From contig OZ024743.1 of assembly GCA_964016885.1 (NCBI GenBank), forward strand, positions 38,316,001-38,380,000: DNA of 64,000 bases, in the 5' to 3' direction. Shown one piece after another: positions 54,637 to 64,000 of this stretch. A program made the position numbers and the translations under genes. Source of the DNA: Eledone cirrhosa. Its lineage: Eukaryota. The notes under the pieces were generated by a model. That model ran no database searches. It saw only the letters and a list, made by a program, of their open reading frames with translations, and was not told the DNA's origin. Position 1 is the stretch's first letter; every line of letters begins with the position of its first letter.

Positions 54637-56059
54637 CATAAAAGCAAGAGCGGCGGGGGGGGGGGGGGGGCTTTCCTCATCAGTTGTCTACTGGGGTCGT
54701 CGGATATTTCAACGCTTTAAAGACAATATGTCTACCGCCAGAGCGATCAATAACTAGGTAAATTATTGGGGAAATGGAGGAGAGAGGGCAGGAAAATAAG
54801 GAGGAAAAGGGAAAAAAGTGAAGAAAAGAGAAAAACAGCGAAAAAACAACAAACCGGAGAATGTGCGAGCAACTTCAAGAAATAGAATCCAAGTCCACAA
54901 CGGGGCTGAACATAAGTTCTAAAGTGGATGAATGAAAAATACCCGTATGATCCCAGCGAGTGAAAGTAAAAAAAGAACTGCTAGAGGCTCAGGCGAGGGA
55001 AACAGTGAGATGGGTGATAGAGAGAGGGAGAAAGGGAGAGGAAGAAAGAGGGGGAAGAGTAGAACAACGAAATAGGTAGGTAGAAGGAGAGAGATGACGT
55101 GTCACAGCGAAACATGATAAAATAAATGGAGAATAGGAAAGCTGTGTTGTTGCAAGTTAAGGTAGGCTTAAAATTAAGAAGAAAGCAAAGAGGGGGGGGG
55201 GGCTAGTTTTACTCATCAGTTGTATATTGGGGATCTCGGATATTTCAACGCTTTAAAGACAATATATCCACCAACATCGAATGTGGCCCACGGAACTTCA
55301 CTTGGAACTACGTTATGGTGTATGCTCAGCAACATGTAAGCTTAAACCGACTTTACCCTTGATCAAATGACTCGACCATTCGTCGTTTGGACTGTTTCGA
55401 TATCATTCATATTCATAAATGCACATTTATATGTATTATACACACACAATTTTAATTTGATTAAAATCGGTGCCAGGGTATCAGTTGCTGAAAAATCTGT
55501 GCCGTAACTGTTTTGAAAATGAAATAATGCTAAGATTTGCTACACTTCTAGATGCACCACGGTAACATAAAATGTGTGCCTTTGGGAGGGAGATTTGATA
55601 TATGTACTACTTCAGTCATTGCCTTGTGATGTTTGTGTTGGCGTAGAAACAAAACGCCAAATATATTGCTTTGGCTTATTCGCTCAGCTACTCTCACATC
55701 TGAGATCAAATCAGCCTCAGATAAACGTTGCTATTCACAATAACGAGCACGATAATTCAACTAGCAGGCAGGGCTTTGGTTATAACTATCATCTATATAT
55801 AAGTTTCAGTGTATCTGTCACAACACGTAAAGAGAGAGGAGTAGTTTGAGCACCTCACACTACTCCTCTCTCGTTAAGTCTGCTGCCCACGTGAATGCAT
55901 GTGTGTGTAAAAAGAAGGAAGTGTATGGCGAAAAAATAGACGTTAAAAGAGAGGAGTAGTTTGATTACCACAAACTACTCCGACTCTTTATATCTACTGC
56001 CAGTGTAAATGTATGTGAATGTATTTTGCCGTATAAAATATTATAAGGCAAAATAAAAT

Positions 56060-57015
56060 GTTGAGAGCTGTATGGTAGATATATATAGAGAGGGATAGAT
56101 TGGTGATAATTGATATAGCGAGGGGAGTGGGTGGAGATATAGAGATATATAGATAGAGGGAGAGTTTGGTAATGATGGATAGTGTAAGAGGGAAAGAGAG
56201 AGTGTTGTCTGGTAGATACAGAGAAGGGGAGAGTCTGGCGGTAATTTATATATTGATGGGTAACTGATATACTGGAGGGAGAAAGTGTTGTATATTAAAT
56301 ATAGGGAGTGGGAGAGATTGATGTTTGATGATATAGAGAGAGGTATTGTAAGATAGTTCAGTGTAGTAGATATTAGAGAGGGTGGGAGTTTGGCATACAT
56401 TCATATAGAGAGGGGATTAGGAGAAAGTTGTAGTAGATATAAAGAAGGGGAAATTGATATAGAGAGACGGATTGGGAAATATATTTGTTTAGTAGATATG
56501 GAGATGAGGGTTGTGTTAATTGATACAGAAATAGAGATGTGGTTGGGGGAGTATGTTGTATGGTTGCTGTAGAAAGGGAAAGAGTTTTGTGGAAATGAAT
56601 AGAGGCAGATGATTTATAGAGATAGGCCATGTAGTAGATATTGAGAGGGGGTATACTTTGGTAGTGATAGATAGAGTGGGAGGGAATGAGAGAGTCTGTT
56701 GTATGGTAAATATAGAGAGGGGGTTACTTTGGTGATAATAGATATAGAGAGAGGGTTGGGAGAGAGTTTGCTGGTAAGGAATAGAGTGAGGGGATTGATA
56801 GCGATAGGTATTGATAGATATAGAGAGAGGGAGAGTTTGGTAGTCATAGATATAGTGAGAGTTAATGAGAGAGAGATTTGAACGTTTGATATAATGAGGG
56901 GGATAGTTTCCTGGTAATTGCTATAGAGAGGATTGTTGGGGGAGTGTGTTGTATATTACATACAGAGACGTGGCGATATTGAGAGGGGGGAGAGTTTGGT
57001 TTTAATTGATATATA
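56060..57015. repeat. Degenerate purine-rich minisatellite (GATATAGAGAGGGAGAGTTTGGT-like units)
   Basis: Motif recurs many times with indels. Confidence 0.75.
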
Positions 57016-57019
57016 TATT

Positions 57020-58735
57020 TCTATTTATTTGCCACCAGGGCATCAGAGATTGGGACAAATACAAAGGGGGGAGTTTACATACATTTAAAAAGACGTGTAA
57101 AAAACATATAACACATTAAATTTAACAATCGATGTCCTCAATAGGGAGAGGCGTTGACATGGGTCGCACAAACCCCCGAAAAAATGTGCAACCCTCCTCT
57201 TCAGGAGCACAAAGAGCGGGTGCTTCCTTCCTCTTCTCATTCTTCTCCTCTCTCACCTACAGGCTGATATAGAGAGAAGGCCCATTCACTCGGGCCATTC
57301 TCGCTACTTTCACCCATCTTTCATAAAACTTGCTGGGATAGAGCACCTCTCTCTCAATTCTGATCCTGCTTCTAAAGTGGTACTTGAAAAAAAAGACCAG
57401 TTGTTGGCCGGAGAGAAAGGTGTCTGACCTGAGCCCTTTCAACCTTGTCCACCATACAACTTCTTTCGCCATGGCTATCACACAGAGGAAAACCGCCTCT
57501 CCTTCGTTTTTGAAAGGGGGAGGCGGTTTGATCGTGACCATGTTCTCGGTGGTCAACCGGATTGGTCCCACCCGCGACAGTAGTCGTTCTACATAGCCCC
57601 ACAGGTCAGCAACACACGGGAAGTGTACGAATGCGTGTGCGACGGTTTCCTCGTCACGCACGCATCTTGGACAGATCTTCTTCGAGGGGTCCCTACCCGG
57701 GTGCCCGTGTCTGTAGAGCTTGTCCCGAACGGGTAGAGCTCCTGGGTAACATTGCCAAGCCAGGGACTTTTGGAAGTTGTCCATCGGTCCCGGGCCAAAC
57801 GTCCTACCGAACAGACTGGCCAGCTCGTCTTCCTCCATGCCTAGAGCCTCTCCGAGAGCGTCGTCGCACATACTGCGCACCAACCCTTTATAGAATGTTG
57901 ACGTTGAGTCTCCACTGATTGCCGGATCCGCTTGCCAGAGGGCCGTGAGCGCCTGGGCACATTCAATGTACCAGTCGCCCACTTTTCTCGGTCTTTGCTT
58001 GACCCAGGATTGCAGCTCGGTGAGTGAGACGAGTCTCGGAAAGGCTCGCCTCACAAACAGGGCCCACACCGGCTGACCGGTGAGGAATACCTGGAGGTGC
58101 CGTAGCCTTAATGCATGTCTACGCATCGTCAGCCACGGCATCCCAGCCCTCCGTTCGAAGGGTGTTGACAGCAGATGGATCTTCTAACCAAAGGAGCCCG
58201 CTTCTTCCAAAGAAATCGGAAGAGCGCGCGCTCCATTTTGGCGAGTGTTTTCTCTGGGCAAGGCACGACGGTCAAGCGGTAGTAGATGATGGACGCTATA
58301 TAAGCGTTCGCCACCTCAGCTCGACCTTTCAGGGATAGTTTGCACTCGGACCACTTCTGGGCGAGTGCAAAGGGCTTGCCCGTTACCTCGTCCCAGTTTT
58401 TCTCCACCTGGAGGTCCGGTCCGAACCAGACCCCGAGCAGCTTCACCGGTCCCTCCGTCCAGCGTCCGACGATGCCGTCGGAGGGCATCGTTTTGCCCCT
58501 CCACGTCCCGAGTTGCAAACCGACGGACTTGTCCCGGTTCAGCTTGGCTCCTGTAAACCTTTCATATTCCAGTAAGGTGCCGATCTGCCCGATTTCCGAG
58601 GCGCACGACACCATTACTGTCACGTCATCGGCGTAGGCCGACACTGCTTTCCGCAATCCCGGTTCCAAGGGGATGCCCTGCAACAGCTCCAGCTTCCGCA
58701 GTAGTGGCTCCTGAGCCAGCACATACAACAGTCTC
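57020..58735 (-). mobile_element. 5'-truncated Tx1/L1-clade LINE (diverged relative of copies A/B)
   Basis: SAYADDVTV, GLQLGTWRG, LSLKGRAEVANAYIAS, GPMDNFQKSLAWQCY, CPRC..ETVAHAF; AATAAA then an (AT)n end. Confidence 0.92.
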
Positions 58736-59253
58736 AATATTGGGTTGCTCAGGAAATCAGTAATTGCATAGTGTACGTTCGTAAATATGGGATTTCTTGT
58801 AATGTTCTTCTTTTATAATATATAAATTTTTTTTTAATGTAAAATAAAATTATTATTAGATTCCCCAGTTGCTGTATCAATATGAATCACTTACAATAAA
58901 ATTTCGCCGGGGATAAAGTACCAACATTTAATAGGCGGTTGTCGTGTGGGGTTGGAATGAAAACCAGGAGAAGGGGGATATTAGAAACACATTCTGACAA
59001 ATTAATTAGCAGGGGGTGGGGACGATTATTAAAGACCTGAGAGTACGTGAATTATTGATGGACGTAAGAATACCTGAGTAGAATTTAAATATCCATTTAT
59101 TATAGATAAGCCTTGTTACTCTGAAGTCTCACCTGCGTACTCACAGGATCATAAGACAAGACTGGTCATACTGTAAGTGCACACTTGAAATTTTAGAGGA
59201 ACAGAGCTCACCAATAGCCATACAAAATGAATGTGTTTATATATATATATATA

Positions 59254-60017
59254 TATAATAGAATAATCGAGTATCGGAAAATCAGCTCACGAATTAACGA
59301 TAAACAATATCCGATATGAGTGGCAGAGGGCTCAATAATTTGGATAAATCAGAGCTATAACTATCGTTAAATTACCAACACATAGAGATTATGCCTAAAA
59401 TCACCCGTGCAGCCGAAAAAGAACGACCAGGAAGATTCGGGTCACTCAAATAAAATATCAATAAATCAATAATTTAAATGAATGTAAAAAACTTACCCGG
59501 ACCCGCTAGAAGGGTGTTAAATCTAGCTTCTTGGGTTTCTGCAATTCCTTAATCAGTTCACTATCAGCCCACATAAACATATATAAGACTTCTAGGGAAT
59601 GACTGGACCGGAAGAGCTTTATCAACGGGTTCCGTCCGATAATAAAGAAGTGACCTGTAGCCAGACACGCACATGGTGCCCAGCAAGGGAGATAACCTCT
59701 ATATTAGCGAAAACATTTTCGGTAATGTGGAAATCATGTAGGAATACAAAATATCACATATCGAATCAGAGTGCTCAATAGACATGTTAAAATAAACAGG
59801 AGCTATTCATCAGTCAATAGAATCGACAAAAAAATGATCAATAAAATTAACTGGTCAATAGCTAGGTCTAGAGCTAAATATAATAGAATAATCGAGTATC
59901 GGAAAATCAGCTCACGAATTAACGATAAACAATATCCGATATGAGTGGCAGAGGGCTCAATAATTTGGATAAATCAGAGCTATAACTATCGTTAAATTAC
60001 CAACACATAGAGATTAT
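59254..60017. repeat. 764-bp element with identical ~139-bp terminal direct repeats, embedded in (TA)n
   Basis: 59254-59392 equals 59879-60017. Confidence 0.9.
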
Positions 60018-60042
60018 ATATATATATATATATATATACACG

Positions 60043-60076
<34 letters not shown>

Positions 60077-60523
60077 GAGAGAGAGAGAGTAGATCAATAA
60101 ATTGGGTATAATATCAGTTTCTGATCAAATACGAATATTAACGATGTATTAATCGATATATTAACCCCTTTGGAGAGGACACAGGGCATTATTGTTTTTT
60201 ATTATCTATATACAGTAACAGTCGTACTCGGAGGGGGGGGGGTGCTTCTCTGCAATAAGTATATTTTCTCCCCAAACTACCTAAACACACATCTATTTGT
60301 ATATGTGGTACACTTTATGTGCATGTTATGTTTGTAGCATATAGAAGTTTTCTGACCATTTTAGAGTGCAAAGAGCTAAACTAATAACCACAATTTAAAT
60401 GTCACCCCCCCCCCCCCCCCCATTTAGAAATTATTCCACCGCCTCTGAAATGTATGCATATGCACATACACACACGCACAGAGATATACACATATGCGTC
60501 AGTGTATGGAAAAAAAATCTATA

Positions 60524-63100
60524 TATTCTATTCTATTCTAAGGCGGTTAAAATTCCCGAGATCCATGGACGAGTTCTCTCCAGCGGTCTCTGTCCCGCAT
60601 TATCGCTGCCATGCCCTGCGTCTCCAACTGACAAGTGTATGTCCTTAGGGCATCAACATACGTTAACCTTGGTCTTCCTCTTCTAGTGAGTCCATATAGG
60701 GGCTCTCAAAGGAGCACTGAGTGCAATGTCAACTCTGGATGTCGGTGAGCATGTCCAGCTAACCTAAATCTCCTCTGTGTCACTTTTGAGCTGACTTTTG
60801 GGATGCTCCCATACAGCTCTGAGTTTTTCATCCTCAGTGTATACTGATTAATGTTCAGAGCCATCCTCAGCATTCTCGTGTAGCACCCATCCACCATCTG
60901 AGTGAGTTTCTTGGTCAGTGTCCAAGTCTCAGACCCATACAGCAGCACAGACTCCACTACAGCAATGAAGAGGCGGATTTTCAGGTCTTTACGAAGGTCC
61001 GACTTCCACACCGATCTCAAGCTGTGTCACGCCGCTCAGGCTTTGCTCTTCCTCTCAACCACACCATCTTCTGTATTCCCAATCTTTGTTCCCAAATACA
61101 GGAAGTCCTCAACCAATTCTAGCGCCTCCGCGCTTACATTAGTGATCCCCTCTGGCTTCTCAACATTATCTACCAGATATTTTGTTTTAGTCTCATTCAT
61201 TCTCAGTCCCACACTCATCGACGCAGTCTCAACCTCCCGCATCAAATCCTCTGCCCCCTTCACTGTATTTGTCACCAAAACTATGTCGTCGGCAAATTCA
61301 GCATCCGATACCTTTTTCGCCCTAACTCTCCTGCTCTGAGCCGGTGCTACAGTAAAGCAAGAGTCGTGGTGTTTCTCCAGTGCAAGGCGCATACAATAGT
61401 CCACTACGATGATAACAAGGTAGGGAGCCAATGTATCTCCCTGGAGCACTCCAGCCAGTATCTCAAAGAACTCTGTCATCCCATCAGGTGTAATGACATG
61501 GGCTTTGGTGTTGATGTAGAGCAGTGATATCAGGTCCACTATCTTCTTGGGGATTCCATAAGCCTGTAAAAGCTTCATCAGGCAGTAACGGTCCACAGAA
61601 TCAAAGGCCTTCCTGAAGTCAATGAAAACCATGACCGCAGGAAGGCACCTTGCTCTAGCTCCCTCTAATATCCTCCTCAGCATCAGGATGTGACTGGTGG
61701 ATGATCTTCCCTCCCTGAAGCCGTTCTGATTGTCCCTGAGCTTCTTCTCCATCTCAGGCCGGATCCTGTTAAGAATCATCCTGTTGAGGGTCTTTGCCAC
61801 AAGTGACGTCAGTGAGATCCCCCTGTAGTTGTTGTGTTAGAGAGATCTCCCTTCTTTGGCACTGGGACGATGTTACTGATCCTCCACTGATTCGGGGCCA
61901 CTCCTTTCTCCAGTGCCCGGTTACAGAACCCCAGGATGATATCATCAAAATCACACCTCTTCATCACCTCTGATGCCACTCCATTTTCTCCATGAGCCTT
62001 GCCCTCCTTGATCCTCTTCTTGGCTCTCTGAAGTTCCTCTCTGGTGAAGGGCTCTGTCTCAACATCCTGTTCCTCAAACAGCCGCCTGATCTCCCCAGTG
62101 CTCTGCGCTGTGGAGGGTGGCACTGCTAGTAGGGTCCTAAAATGATCTAGCCATTTCCTCTTCCTATCCTCGGGCCCCGTTCCCTGGATCTGACTCGAAT
62201 ACCTTCTCTTCCTCCCTGTGATCTCGTTGATGATCTTCCAGCTCTCCTTACATCCAGATCTGTCAACCGCTCTCTCCACACTTCTGATCTTCTCTATCAG
62301 TGCCTCTTCTCTGAGCTCAGTGTAAGCGGTACAGATTTCTTCCCTCATCACCTCCAAAGTCTCCATCATCTCCTCCGTAGCATCAGCATAGAATTGGTCC
62401 TTGGCAGCTTTCAGGTGTTCTCTGGCTGCACACATTTTTGGGTTTGCAGAGCTGACGTGCTTCCTTTTGTTCTTTTTCCCCGGCACCAGGGCTTCACTTG
62501 CTTCCGCCACTGCATTGGTGAAGTGCCCGTACCTCCGCTTCACACTCTCCTCTGACTCTCCACACAGAGCACTAAACCTGTTTCTCACTTCCACTGTGAA
62601 CCTCTCCTGTAGCTTATCATCTTCCTTGAAAGCTCCCCAGTCATAGATTGCTCTCCGGGGCCGAGCCTTGCTCTTTCTTAAGCTCACCCGGACCTCACTC
62701 ATAGCAAGCCGGTGGTCACTACCCAGTGTACTGAAATAGTTGTATGGTTCTGTGTTCAGAACACTATTCCGCCACTTTTTCCTCACCAGAATGAAATCAA
62801 TCTGGGACTTGGACAGGTGCATATCTGAGATGTAGGTCCACATCTTCCCCAGATTCTTCCTAAACCTTAGGTTGGTCGCTATCAAGTTCGCCTCCAGCAG
62901 GATGTCTCTCAGTAGTCTTCCATTTCGGTTGGTGTTGTTATGGAAGTACCAGCAAGGATCCTCACTGCTCTCCTTACACAGATGTGCATTGAGTCCCCCA
63001 AAACAAGCAGGATATTGTGTGCTTGAGTGGTGTTGACAGCTCTACATACCTCCTCATGGAACTCCTCCGCACTCACATCACTGTCCCTCTCTGTGGCTCT
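60524..63100 (-). mobile_element. 5'-truncated RTE-clade LINE (defective)
   Basis: Endonuclease end (SQIDFILV, GSDHRL), RT (NQNGFREGRS, FIDFRKAFDS, GVLQGDTLAPYL, EFADDIVL, DFLYLGT) and RTE-typical SVLLYGSETWTL, RLAGH; (TAGAA)n tail at 60524-60540. Confidence 0.92.
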
Positions 63101-63244
63101 AAGCCAGCAGAGTCATAACGACCAGGCTGCTCCTTGACAGTGTAATTAGGGGCTCTAACCCTAGTGCTGTTAGATCGACTCTCCATATTTCTTTTCAATG
63201 GCTGACAATACCTTACCGGCGCCACTCGAATAAGGTAGTTATTT

Positions 63245-63395
63245 AGCCCATAAATGGAGCCCTAACAGGTACTACTACCCCGGGCCAGGGCAGACCTGGG
63301 AGTCATTACAACTAAGGGGTATCTCCACATTCCCCACAACTCCTGAACTCTCGAACTGGAGCCTTGCCACTGGATGTAGTTTAATGTCATACCTA
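63245..63395 (+). mobile_element. Short interspersed repeat fragment
   Basis: CCCTAACAGGTACTACTACCCCGGGCCAGGGCAGACCTGGGAG...ACTGGAGCC resembles an abundant octopod repeat as recalled; single copy here, unverified. Confidence 0.45.
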
Positions 63396-64000
63396 TATAT
63401 ATGTTTCTTAATTTCTCTGTCTCGCATGGATTGAAATCAGTTGTGTTCAGGCTTGGAGTGGGAAGGGATCAGTCAGTTTAGACACCCAATTGACACTATA
63501 TATCACAACGGCATCCCTTTGACTCCATCAGGTTGTAAGGCATATGCACGTGATGTTTGTATTATGGTGTTATTTTGCGGGAAGGGGTGATTGTTTTTCC
63601 CATATGCTATAAGATTTGTTGCCGAATACAGATAGTGAAGAATATATACTCTGCTATATCGATTGGTTGTTGATTCCAAAAGACACAATCTCTTTGATAA
63701 TGTTTTGTTGGTTAAGGTCAGTTAAATCCTATGCACACGATGTCTTGAGTTATGTTCTTCAGTTGAATAGGGTTTGCGTAGGTTGTTACCATGGTGCAGC
63801 CTGTATTTCTATGTGTGTGTTTAACATTATGAAATTTGTAACATTTTATATCAAAAGGCTTGTATTCGTTGTCGTCTTTGTTTCCTCTTATTCATCTACT
63901 TCCCCTTCTTTATCTCATTCTCCTTTTTCTTCTCTTTGCAATCAAACTCCCAGCCTCTTTCTATTTTTTATTTTCCTCCTCTGATTATGATCATTATCTT

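Noticed and set aside
59700-59822. Minus-strand CTGATGA...GAAA-ATGTTT-TC as a hammerhead
   Set aside because: Neither stem I nor stem II pairs.

Overview
AT-rich, microsatellite-saturated eukaryotic (metazoan) DNA. The tRNA-derived SINE family and repeat landscape resemble a coleoid cephalopod such as Octopus (inference). No intact host protein-coding gene can be supported; most ORF-track entries are microsatellite or antisense artefacts. Contents: (i) a 16-kb stack of three near-full-length non-LTR retrotransposons joined through (TAA)n tracts, namely one R4/Dong-type RT-REL element and two Tx1/L1-type elements with near-identical ORF2 but different ORF1/5' regions; (ii) further R4/Dong, Tx1, RTE and hAT remnants and many SINEs; (iii) most notably, a dense set of Penelope-like element (PLE) remnants lodged in (TA)n microsatellites. 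These form long DNA fold-backs and carry more than ten hammerhead ribozyme (HHR) motifs or half-motifs from several unrelated families. Several motifs have a greatly enlarged stem II (about 50-95 nt). In three hairpins the symmetry axis is the loop of the ribozyme's stem II, suggesting snap-back priming at the ribozyme hairpin. All calls were made by eye, without database searches or folding software.
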